A program made the position numbers and the translations under genes. The notes below the pieces were generated by a model that did no database searches, was not told the origin of the DNA, and saw nothing but the letters and a program-made list of their open reading frames with translations. 64,000 bases of DNA from Chloroflexota bacterium (lineage in GTDB: Bacteria; Chloroflexota; Dehalococcoidia; Bin125), in the NCBI GenBank assembly GCA_026707145.1, contig JAPOXK010000010.1:10849-74848 (forward strand). Reading direction: 5' to 3'. Every line of letters starts with the position of its first letter. The first letter of the stretch is position 1. Below, one piece after another: positions 1 to 7,824 of the stretch.

Positions 1-532
1 CGCGATGCGCCGGCAACAGGGCGGCAAGATCATCACGGTGTCTTCACTCGCCGGGCGCATCGCCGGGCCTGCTTTCGGCAGCTACTGTGCCTCCAAGTGG
101 GCGCTGGAGGGGCTCATGCAAGCACTGCGCTACGAACTCGCGCCCTTCGGCATCGAAGTGAGCCTCATCACGATGGGCGCCTACCGCACGGAGATGCAGT
201 TCAAAAGCACGTTCACCACCCAAAAGCTGCAGGACGGTACGAGTGTCTACCAAGCGCCCTGCGAGGCCTTCATTGAGGGTGAGAAGGTCCGTGCCAATCT
301 CAATCCCAGTGTACGCACCGTGGCCTGCAACATCGCTGACGCCGTTGAGTTCCCGGACCCCTTGGCTCTGCACATCCCCGTTGGCTTCGACGTGCACCGC
401 GTAATGCCCCTTCGCGAGCGCATGAGCTACGACGAGTTCGAGGCGATGATCAGCGGCATGCGCAACGAGGGCTTCCCGGGGTCTTGGTTCGGTACGATCG
501 AGGAGAATCCGCCCGTCCCCGTCGCTGAGTAG
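1..532 (+). CDS. SDR family oxidoreductase (C-terminal part, 5' end outside window)
   Basis: KIITVSS...YCASKWALEG catalytic YxxxK motif; the Rossmann motif is absent because the gene starts before base 1; paralog of the next gene. Confidence 0.85.
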   Translation, partial: AMRRQQGGKIITVSSLAGRIAGPAFGSYCASKWALEGLMQALRYELAPFGIEVSLITMGAYRTEMQFKSTFTTQKLQDGTSVYQAPCEAFIEGEKVRANLNPSVRTVACNIADAVEFPDPLALHIPVGFDVHRVMPLRERMSYDEFEAMISGMRNEGFPGSWFGTIEENPPVPVAE

Positions 533-590
533 TCCGCGTCCCGCAGTGCGGAGTCGGCGATGTGCGCCGGCGAACGCTTGAAGGAGCCCC

Positions 591-1481
591 ATGGCCAGTC
601 CTCAGGTCGTCATTCTCACAGGCAGCTCCAGCGGGTTTGGCGCCGCCGCGGCGCGGGAACTCGCGGTCCGCGGCCACCACGTGATCGCCACCATGCGCGA
701 TCCCGATCGCAGCGGCGCCGCCGTCGCGCAGTCGATGGGCGACAATCTCGAGGTCCACCGTCTTGATGTCAGGGACCGGGCCTCGATCGACGCGGTCGTT
801 GCGATGGCGCTTGGCCGGCATGGCCGTATCGACGCGCTGGTGAACAATGCGGGCTACCTCTTGTTGGGCGCCATCGAGGATCTTGGCGAGGACGAGCTTG
901 CCAGCCAGATCGACACGAACCTGATCGGCGGCGTGCGCACGGCGCAAGCGGTCCTGCCCGCCATGCGTCAGCGGAGGAGAGGCAAGATCATCAACGTTTC
1001 CTCGGTCGCCGGCCGGATGACCGGTCCTGCCTTCGGCGCCTACTGTGCCTCCAAGTGGGCGCTCGAAGCGATGAGCGAGACGCTCCGTTTTGAGGTTTCC
1101 CCCTGGGGGATCGATGTCGTGATCGTCGAGCCGGGGACGCAGCACACCGGGGCGCAGTTCGACAACATGGTGCTCGCCCGCAGGCTTCGGGAGGGCGACA
1201 GCCCCTACGCCGGCCCTTGCAATGCGCTCATCCGAGGGCACCAAGGATATGCCGGCCAGCGACCCGGCCCCCGTACCGTTGGCTCCATGATCGCCGACTT
1301 GGTCGAGACCGTGGACCCGCTCCCTCTCCGTCTTCCTATCGGCGACGAAGCCGCTCTCGTCTTGGGAATGCGCGCTCGTATGTCGGACGAGGAGTTTGAA
1401 GAGGCGATGCGGACGATGGACAACGATGGCTTTCCCGGCGCCTACTTCAAGGCAGTCCGCTCGGAAGCCCCTCCGTCGTAG
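591..1481 (+). CDS. SDR family oxidoreductase
   Basis: TGSSSGFG, NNAG and YCASK motifs; AAGGAG RBS upstream. Confidence 0.92.
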   Translation: MASPQVVILTGSSSGFGAAAARELAVRGHHVIATMRDPDRSGAAVAQSMGDNLEVHRLDVRDRASIDAVVAMALGRHGRIDALVNNAGYLLLGAIEDLGEDELASQIDTNLIGGVRTAQAVLPAMRQRRRGKIINVSSVAGRMTGPAFGAYCASKWALEAMSETLRFEVSPWGIDVVIVEPGTQHTGAQFDNMVLARRLREGDSPYAGPCNALIRGHQGYAGQRPGPRTVGSMIADLVETVDPLPLRLPIGDEAALVLGMRARMSDEEFEEAMRTMDNDGFPGAYFKAVRSEAPPS

Positions 1482-1484
1482 CGG

Positions 1485-2327
1485 CTAGCTTGGCGTCCAA
1501 GTCACGAGCACGATGGTATCTGCCGGCCCTTTGAGCGCGTAGCCGTCGTCGCGCGCGACAAGGTGATCAACGATTATCTGTCGCAGCAAACGCTCTTTAG
1601 CCGACCCGGGACGCAGCCACAGTCGCCGGCGGGCGTCGTTGATCGCCGCTTCCCACGAGTCGAAGCCCCAGGCACGTTCGGTGATCTTTCGCAGCGCCGG
1701 GCGACGGCCGCGCGCTTCCAATAGGCGCAGGAACTCAGGCAGCGCCGGCAACGGCGCGTAGGGCGATCCGTGGACGGCCTTCCACAAGCCCGCGAACGCT
1801 GCTCCCGGTGCGCGCTCGAGCAGGAGCGCGACGCAAAGCCGTTTCGCCGCTGCCTCGAACGCGTCGAGGAAAGGACCGATCGCCTCAATGTCGTAGCCGA
1901 CATGGGTGATCAACGCGACATCCGCTTGCAGCGCGCGCTGGAGGGGCCAGCGTTCGCCGATCAGATTGAGGTTCTCGATGCCGTGTTGGGCGCGCACCTC
2001 CTCCAACACCGTCCGCATCGCCTCACTGGGTTCAACGGCGATGACTCGCTGGACGTGGCGGGCCAGCGCCAGCGCGAAGCGGCCGCCTCCCGCACCGACG
2101 TCCAGCCAGACCTCTTGGGGGTGCGCCAGCGCCAGCAGGGCGTTAAGGCACACATCGTCCCTACGGGTGGGATCGGCACGGAATCTCTCGGCGATGGGTG
2201 CGTAAAAGTCGTTGCCGTCGTCCCGCTCGGTGAGGCGCTCCACCTGTGCGTTGTTGGCGTGCACGCGGGCTCTCCAGTCGGCGAGGCAGAGCTGGTAGTC
2301 CGGCATGCTTTTGCTCCCGCTGGTCAT
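1485..2327 (-). CDS. Class I SAM-dependent methyltransferase
   Basis: LDVGAGGG motif I, AVEPS motif II; start may be ATG at 2306. Confidence 0.85.
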   Translation of the reverse strand: MTSGSKSMPDYQLCLADWRARVHANNAQVERLTERDDGNDFYAPIAERFRADPTRRDDVCLNALLALAHPQEVWLDVGAGGGRFALALARHVQRVIAVEPSEAMRTVLEEVRAQHGIENLNLIGERWPLQRALQADVALITHVGYDIEAIGPFLDAFEAAAKRLCVALLLERAPGAAFAGLWKAVHGSPYAPLPALPEFLRLLEARGRRPALRKITERAWGFDSWEAAINDARRRLWLRPGSAKERLLRQIIVDHLVARDDGYALKGPADTIVLVTWTPS

Positions 2328-2433
2328 TCGTCCGTCCTGCGACAGCCGGCCAGGCGAACGGACATGCGCGACCTCATTGACGCGACCGCGCTACGGTAGT
2401 GGGGCGGCTCGGCTACAATTGCTGGAGCATCTT

Positions 2434-3348
2434 ATGCATCCCGACTTGCATCTCGACAAGCCTCCGCCGCTGCGCACGCCCGCCATGATCCTGGCTTGGG
2501 GCGGCTGGAGCGACGCGGGCAGTGCCGCCACCCATGGTCTCCGGACGCTGGCCAACGCCATCGACGCGCAGCCATGCGGGTCCATTGACCCGGAGAACTA
2601 CTACGACTTTTCCGTGACGCGCCCGTTCGCCCGCTACCGCAATGGGGAGCGGGAGATCGTCTGGCCCAGCACGGACTTCTACTACGGCGCGCCGGCCGAG
2701 GCCGATCGCGACTTGGGCATCGCCATCGGTTCCGAACCGGCCAATCGCTGGCGAAGCTACATGGAGGCGCTGTTTGACGGGGTGGAAGCTTTCGGCACCG
2801 AGCTCGTCATTTCACTGGCGGCGGTCGCCGCGCCCGTTCCCCATACGCGGCCCGTGGTGGTCTGGGGTGCCGCCAACACGGCTGAGCTGGCGGAGAAACA
2901 TAACATGCACCCCCCCGCCTACGAGGGACCGACCGGCATCGTCGGCGTCTTCCACGACTACTGCCGCCGCAAGAACGTCGGTGCGATCAGCCTCTGGGCG
3001 AGCGTGCCCCACTATCTCGGCGACACGACGAATCCCGTCGGCTCACTGGCGTTGCTCGAGCGTCTGCAGAAGGTCCTCGATCTGTCCCTCCCGCTCGCCG
3101 GGCTGCGCTCGGAGATCTCGCTGTTCCAGGAACAGGTCGATCGGGCGATCGCTCGTGACGACGACCTCGCCTCCTATGTGCGCCGCCTTGAATCGTCCGG
3201 CAGCCAGCTCGCCTCCTTCGAACCGCTTGCGTCGCGTTCGGAGGAGTTGCCACCGGCCGAGTCGCTGATCGAGGACTTGGAGCAGTTCCTGCGCGGCACC
3301 CAGCAAGATGGCTCCTCACCGCAAGAAGGCGAGCCTCGCGGTGGCTGA
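2434..3348 (+). CDS. PAC2 (proteasome assembly chaperone) family protein
   Basis: GWSDAGSAA, IDPENYYDF..RP, PHTRP, YEGPTGIVG, LWASVPHY motifs; ATG 2434 with GGAG RBS and TACAAT upstream. Confidence 0.88.
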   Translation: MHPDLHLDKPPPLRTPAMILAWGGWSDAGSAATHGLRTLANAIDAQPCGSIDPENYYDFSVTRPFARYRNGEREIVWPSTDFYYGAPAEADRDLGIAIGSEPANRWRSYMEALFDGVEAFGTELVISLAAVAAPVPHTRPVVVWGAANTAELAEKHNMHPPAYEGPTGIVGVFHDYCRRKNVGAISLWASVPHYLGDTTNPVGSLALLERLQKVLDLSLPLAGLRSEISLFQEQVDRAIARDDDLASYVRRLESSGSQLASFEPLASRSEELPPAESLIEDLEQFLRGTQQDGSSPQEGEPRGG

Positions 3349-3841
3349 CGTTCCCAGCGCCGACGACCGCGAGGAGGCTTCCGAGAAAAGCCTCAATCGG
3401 ATGTGGAAATTCGTCCGTTCCTACACGGCGAAGAGCGGGACGTTCCTGCACCCCCAGCCCGAGATCACCGAGGCGCTGGTGATCGGCCTCGCCAAGCATG
3501 TGGATGAGTTCGGACGGCCCCTCTGCCCCTGCAACTTTTACGAGGATAAGGCGGAGGAGGTTAAGTCCTCGACCTGGATCTGCCCGTGCGACGAGATGCA
3601 GAAGTGGAAGTATTGTCACTGACTGCTCTTTTGCGATTCGGAAGGTCTTCCGATCACCGAGTACCTCCCCGAAGATCACGAAGGCCGTGAGATCTATGGG
3701 GTGATTCGAGACCCTACGCCCGACAAGGGGCGGGCGATCGGGAAGCTGCAGGAGAAGACGGGCCGCACGATTCAGAAAAAGAAGCGGGGAGAGGAAAAGA
3801 AGCGAGGAGATAGCGAGGGTGTCGAGGGCGCGGGCGACTAA
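3341..3841 (+). CDS. Ferredoxin-thioredoxin reductase catalytic subunit, probable selenoprotein (CPC...CPC...CHU)
   Basis: LCPC, ICPC and YCH-TGA(3620-3622)-LLF; the frame stays open to TAA 3839-3841; SECIS-like hairpin follows the TGA; GTG start at 3341 overlaps the PAC2 stop. Confidence 0.85.
3635..3655 (+). promoter_or_regulatory. Bacterial SECIS element
   Basis: GAT-T(bulge)-CGGAA-GGTC-TTCCG-ATC stem-loop starting 13 nt after the in-frame TGA; bulged U and AGGUCU apex as in the E. coli fdhF SECIS. Confidence 0.8.
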
Positions 3842-3909
3842 ACGGCCGTGCGCGGTCGGTCGATTGCGCTGAGGGTGCTTCGCTTGCTTGCTCGGGGTTG
3901 CGCCTCGCC

Positions 3910-3927
3910 ATTACGCTGAGCCGTAAT
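3910..3927. promoter_or_regulatory. Inverted repeat overlapping putative rpsN promoter
   Basis: ATTACG-N6-CGTAAT overlapping a TACGCT -10-like hexamer; TTGCTC 18 nt upstream. Confidence 0.35.
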
Positions 3928-3976
3928 CAGTCACGCGCCGGACGAGCATCGGGCCGCGCGGCATCGGGATGGAGCT

Positions 3977-4282
3977 ATGGCGAAGAAAAGCCAGGTCGCC
4001 CGCGACGCGAAGCGCCGCGCCATGTACGACAAGCACAGCGCGCGCCGCGCCGAACTCAAGGCCAAGCTCAAGGCGTCCTGGGACGCCCCCATGACTCGCT
4101 CGGAGATTCAGGCCGAGCTGCAGTCGATGCCGCGCAACAGTAGCCCCACCCGGCTCAAGAACCGCTGCGCCGTCACGGGACGATCGCGGGGCTACATGCG
4201 CAAGTTCGGGCTCTCCCGCATCAGCTTCCGGGAGATGGCTTCCGAAGGTCTCTTGCCGGGCATTCGCAAGGCCTCCTGGTAG
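3977..4282 (+). CDS. rpsN: 30S ribosomal protein S14, zinc-independent (C-) long form
   Basis: MAKKS...[45 protein letters not shown]; 101 aa, lacks the CxxC pairs. Confidence 0.96.
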   Translation: MAKKSQVARDAKRRAMYDKHSARRAELKAKLKASWDAPMTRSEIQAELQSMPRNSSPTRLKNRCAVTGRSRGYMRKFGLSRISFREMASEGLLPGIRKASW

Positions 4283-4321
4283 CGCGCGCGGCAACTCTTT
4301 CTCTCCGACCGCCTCTCGTCC

Positions 4322-4349
4322 CAGCGAGCGCATTCCTATGCGCTGGCTG
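4322..4349 (+). terminator. Hairpin downstream of rpsN, possible terminator
   Basis: CAGC-G-AGCGCAT-TCCT-ATGCGCT-G-GCTG stem-loop; weak U tail. Confidence 0.4.
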
Positions 4350-4519
4350 TTCCGGCGGCCTTTCGCTTCGCTCGTGAGGGATTGTGGCGTGCTTTGGAGC
4401 CGCCGCGCGGGGAGTGATTCGCGCTCGATCGATGCGGTGGCGTCTTCGCCAGCGCTGGATCGCTCTCGAATGAGACCCTTGCCGGAGCCCTCCCCTGCGA
4501 TCGCCGCTGGAGCCCGGTC

Positions 4520-4744
4520 TTAGTCGGCGTCTGGCGGAGAGATCTGTAGCGCGTGCCCCTTGCGCTCCGCGCGACGCCGCGAGCGCGCCAGCATGCCGTC
4601 AAGGTAGGTAGGCCCGTAGCGCCGCCGATAGCGGGGCGGCATGAGATCTCGCAGGACGACGCGATCAAGCGGTCGTTGGGAGTTCCGAGCGTGCTCCTCT
4701 TTGGTGCGGACGATCGGGGGCAAGGAGAATAAGCCTCTGGTCAT
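4520..4744 (-). CDS. Small basic hypothetical protein
   Basis: ORF MTRGLFSLPP... of 74 aa filling the intergenic gap; no recognisable motif. Confidence 0.3.
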   Translation of the reverse strand: MTRGLFSLPPIVRTKEEHARNSQRPLDRVVLRDLMPPRYRRRYGPTYLDGMLARSRRRAERKGHALQISPPDAD

Positions 4745-4845
4745 CGATCTATCGCCGCTGTTGGAACGAGCGGCTCTCCCATCGGCGTAGTGTAGTGATG
4801 CACACATCATTGTGCAATGCTTCTTACTCTCTATGAAAAGATAGC

Positions 4846-4875
4846 TTGACAAGTAATCTTAAGGATACCTAATAT
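4846..4875 (+). promoter_or_regulatory. Sigma70-type promoter overlapped by IdeR/DtxR-like iron box
   Basis: TTGACA (4846) N18 TAATAT (4870); TAATCTTAAGGATACCTAA (4854-4872) matches about 14/19 of TWAGGTWAGSCTWACCTWA; upstream of an Fe3+ ABC operon. Confidence 0.65.
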
Positions 4876-4958
4876 TTGGCGCGGTTTACGAGGGCGCACA
4901 CGACACCCCGCCGATCCAACGCCTTGGATCGCAGACCGTAACAGGAGGATCCCAACCC

Positions 4959-6197
4959 GTGGTTGCTTCAATCCTCAGGCGATCGCCTTCCCTTCTCATC
5001 GTTATCGCTTTGCTGACTTTCGCCCTTGTTGCCGCATGCGGCGACGGCGACGATAGCTCCAGTGCTCCGCAACCATCGGTGAGTGAGCAACCGGCGGCCG
5101 AGGCCGCTCCCCAGGAGACGGTGTCCACTCCAGAGCCGCCGGCGTCTGAGGAGGAGATGCCTGCTGCGGAGGAGATGGCTCCCGAGGAGCAGATGGTGGC
5201 TGAGGAAGACATGTCTGCTGAGGAAGATATGTCCACCCAGCAGACCGCCTCCGAAGCCGACATGGACGATCCGCTCACGCTGACGGTCTACTCCGGCCGC
5301 GGGGAATCGCTCGTAGGGCCGCTGCTCGATCAATTCGAGACCGATACCGGCGTCGACGTGCGGGTCCGCTACGGCGGCACCGCGGAGCTCGCGGCGGCTA
5401 TCCTGGAAGAGGGTGACCGCTCGCCCGCAGACGTATTCTTTGCTCAGGATGCCGGCGCCCTCGGGGCGCTGCAGGATATGGGCCGCTTCACGGTACTCGA
5501 CGATGAGTTTCTCGACCGGGTCGACCCAGTCTTCCGCTCGGCCTCGGGTGGTTGGGTGGGCGTGTCCGGCCGCGCGCGCGTCGTCGTGTACTCCACTCAG
5601 CTGAGTGCGGAGGAGCTTCCTGCCTCCATCTTCGATCTGATTGAGCCGGAGTGGAGTGGCCGCGTGGGCTGGGCCCCTACCAACGGCTCCTTCCAAGCCT
5701 TCGTCACGGCGATGCGCCAGGTCTACGGTGACGCGGCGACCGCCGGCTGGCTCAGCGCCATGATCGATAACGGCGTGCAGGAATATCCTAAGAACACGCC
5801 CATCGTGCAGGCGGTGGGCGACGGTGAGATCGATGTTGGGCTCGTCAACCATTACTACCTCTGGCGCTTCATCAGCGAAGATCCCGATTTTCCCGCCGCC
5901 AACCACTACACCGACGCGGGCGAGCCGGGCGCTCTCGTGAACATCGCCGGCGTCGGCCTCCTGGGTTCGTCGACTAATCAGGAGGCCGCGCGCGTGTTCG
6001 TCGACTATTTGCTGAGTGAGACGGCGCAACAGTACTTCGCGACGGAGACGCATGAGTACCCGCTGATCACAGGTGTCGATCCCAACCCCGGCATCCCCGG
6101 TCTCGACACCCTCGACCCGCCTTCGCTCGCGCTCACCTCGCTCGCTGATCTGGAAGGGACGCTCGATCTCTTAAGGGAAGTCGGCGCGCTGCCTTAG
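4959..6197 (+). CDS. Fe3+ ABC transporter substrate-binding lipoprotein (FutA/FbpA-like)
   Basis: Lipobox LVAAC; LTVYSGR, SPADVF, GWAPTNGSFQ, VNHYY motifs; AGGAGG RBS. Confidence 0.92.
   Translation: MVASILRRSPSLLIVIALLTFALVAACGDGDDSSSAPQPSVSEQPAAEAAPQETVSTPEPPASEEEMPAAEEMAPEEQMVAEEDMSAEEDMSTQQTASEADMDDPLTLTVYSGRGESLVGPLLDQFETDTGVDVRVRYGGTAELAAAILEEGDRSPADVFFAQDAGALGALQDMGRFTVLDDEFLDRVDPVFRSASGGWVGVSGRARVVVYSTQLSAEELPASIFDLIEPEWSGRVGWAPTNGSFQAFVTAMRQVYGDAATAGWLSAMIDNGVQEYPKNTPIVQAVGDGEIDVGLVNHYYLWRFISEDPDFPAANHYTDAGEPGALVNIAGVGLLGSSTNQEAARVFVDYLLSETAQQYFATETHEYPLITGVDPNPGIPGLDTLDPPSLALTSLADLEGTLDLLREVGALP
5148..5235 (+). repeat. Degenerate 18-bp tandem repeat encoding a Glu/Met-rich linker
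   Basis: EEEMPA-AEEMAP-EEQMVA-EEDMSA-EEDMS; GAGGAGATG/GAGGAAGAYATG units. Confidence 0.7.
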
Positions 6198-6216
6198 GGC
6201 AGCGCCTCCCCGCTCC

Positions 6217-7824
6217 ATGGCCGGAGTCGCTGCTCGCTCAACGGTTCTCGCTCGCCGTAGGCGGCTCCCAGGCCCAGCATGGCCGCTGGCCCTCGTTGTG
6301 GCAGCGGCCATGCTGCTTCCCCTCATCTATCTCATCATCCGGGCGCTTGATGCCGACGCGGCCGCCTGGAGCGCCTTGGGTGACGCGTCCTCCCTGCGCC
6401 TTGTCCTGCGTACGGCCCTTCTCGCCCTCGCCGTCGCCGGCGCCTCACTGGTGCTGGCGCTTCCAATGGCTTGGCTCACGGTTCGGACCGATCTCCCGCT
6501 CCGTCGGCTCTGGAGCGTGCTTGCGATCGTCCCTCTCGTCGTCCCCAGCTACGTTGGCGCGGTTGCGTTCATCGCCGCGTTCGGTCCGCGCGGCACACTG
6601 CAGGAGATCCTCTCACCGCTGGGAGTCGATACCGTCCCGCAGATTTACGGCTTTGCGGGGGCCTTCCTGGCTCTCACGCTGTTTAGCTACCCCTACCTCC
6701 TCCTGGTTCTGCGGGCGGGCTTGCGCGGGATCGATCCGGCGCTCGAGGACGCCTCCCGCAGCCTGGGGATGGGGTCCTGGCGGACGTTTTTGCGCGTGAC
6801 CGTCCCGCAGCTGCGGGTGCCCATCACGGCGGGGTCCCTGCTTGTGGCGCTCTATGTCGTATCGGACTTCGGTGCCGTGTCGCTTTTACGGACCGATACC
6901 CTCACCCGCGCCATCTTCATCCAATACCAGACCTCGTTCGACCGGGCGGCGGCGGCCGTGCTCGGGCTTGAACTCGTCGGGTTGGTCACGCTCATTTTGG
7001 TGCTGGAGTGGCTGTACCGCAGACGCGGTCGCTTCCACGGCGGCGGCCCGGGCACACCCGGGCCGCCGCGGCTCCTGCGGCTGGGCCGTTGGCGTTGGCC
7101 GGCGCTCGCCTTTCTCGCCGCGATCGTGCTGGTCGCTTTGGGCGTGCCCACGGGTGTCCTCCTGCATTGGCTCGTGCGGGGACTGCAGGCTGGTGAACCG
7201 TTCGCGGGCGCATGGGGCGCCGCGCTCAACTCCGCCTGGGTCTCTGCGGTGGCGGGGCTGGTGGCGGTGGTAGTGGCGATTCCCGTCGCGATCGTCGCCG
7301 TGCGCAAGCCGTCGCCGCTCGCGGCGATAGTGGAGCGCGTCGGCTATACGGGCTTTGCCCTCCCCGGCATCGTGGTCGCGCTGTCGCTGGTGTTCTTCGG
7401 CTTGCGGGTCGTACCGGCCGTGTACCAGAGCTGGGTGCTGCTGGTTTTCGCCTATCTCGTGCTCTTTTTCCCGCTGGCGTTGGGAGGCATCCGGACTTCG
7501 TTGGTCCAGATCCGCCCCGGGATCGAAGAGGCCGCCCGCAGCTTGGGCGGATCGCCGGGGCGCGTGCTGGCCACGATCACGATTCCCCTGCTCATCCCTG
7601 GACTCGTGAGCGGCTTTGCACTGGTTTTCCTCACCGCTATGAAAGAATTGCCCGCGACGCTCCTTCTCGCTCCGATCGGATTTGATACCCTCGCCACTGA
7701 AGTATGGTCTGCCTCTTCCGAAGCCTTCTTCGCCCGTGCTGCGGCGCCCGCACTCATTCTGATCCTCGTGGCGGCGCTGCCGCTGGCGCTGTTGGTCGCC
7801 CGTGAACACCGAGTTGAACGCTGA
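6217..7824 (+). CDS. Fe3+ ABC transporter permease (FbpB-like)
   Basis: Two ABC TM modules with EAA loops (LEDASRSLG, IEEAARSLG). Confidence 0.92.
   Translation: MAGVAARSTVLARRRRLPGPAWPLALVVAAAMLLPLIYLIIRALDADAAAWSALGDASSLRLVLRTALLALAVAGASLVLALPMAWLTVRTDLPLRRLWSVLAIVPLVVPSYVGAVAFIAAFGPRGTLQEILSPLGVDTVPQIYGFAGAFLALTLFSYPYLLLVLRAGLRGIDPALEDASRSLGMGSWRTFLRVTVPQLRVPITAGSLLVALYVVSDFGAVSLLRTDTLTRAIFIQYQTSFDRAAAAVLGLELVGLVTLILVLEWLYRRRGRFHGGGPGTPGPPRLLRLGRWRWPALAFLAAIVLVALGVPTGVLLHWLVRGLQAGEPFAGAWGAALNSAWVSAVAGLVAVVVAIPVAIVAVRKPSPLAAIVERVGYTGFALPGIVVALSLVFFGLRVVPAVYQSWVLLVFAYLVLFFPLALGGIRTSLVQIRPGIEEAARSLGGSPGRVLATITIPLLIPGLVSGFALVFLTAMKELPATLLLAPIGFDTLATEVWSASSEAFFARAAAPALILILVAALPLALLVAREHRVER

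Noticed and set aside
3308-3622. FTR as a 104-aa truncated gene or pseudogene (ORF track)
   Set aside because: The TGA falls exactly on a conserved Cys, the frame continues with protein-like sequence and a SECIS follows, so Sec recoding is more parsimonious
3620-3622. Genome-wide TGA reassignment (genetic code 4/25)
   Set aside because: Many conserved genes here end properly at TGA (lysS, rsmG, the fbpC-like gene, rsmD)
4968-6053. Numerous long antisense or alternate-frame ORFs (e.g. 4968-6053, 20464-21615, 46324-47610, 57888-59084)
   Set aside because: Shadows of high-GC genes with clear family motifs in another frame or strand; Arg/Pro-rich and motif-free
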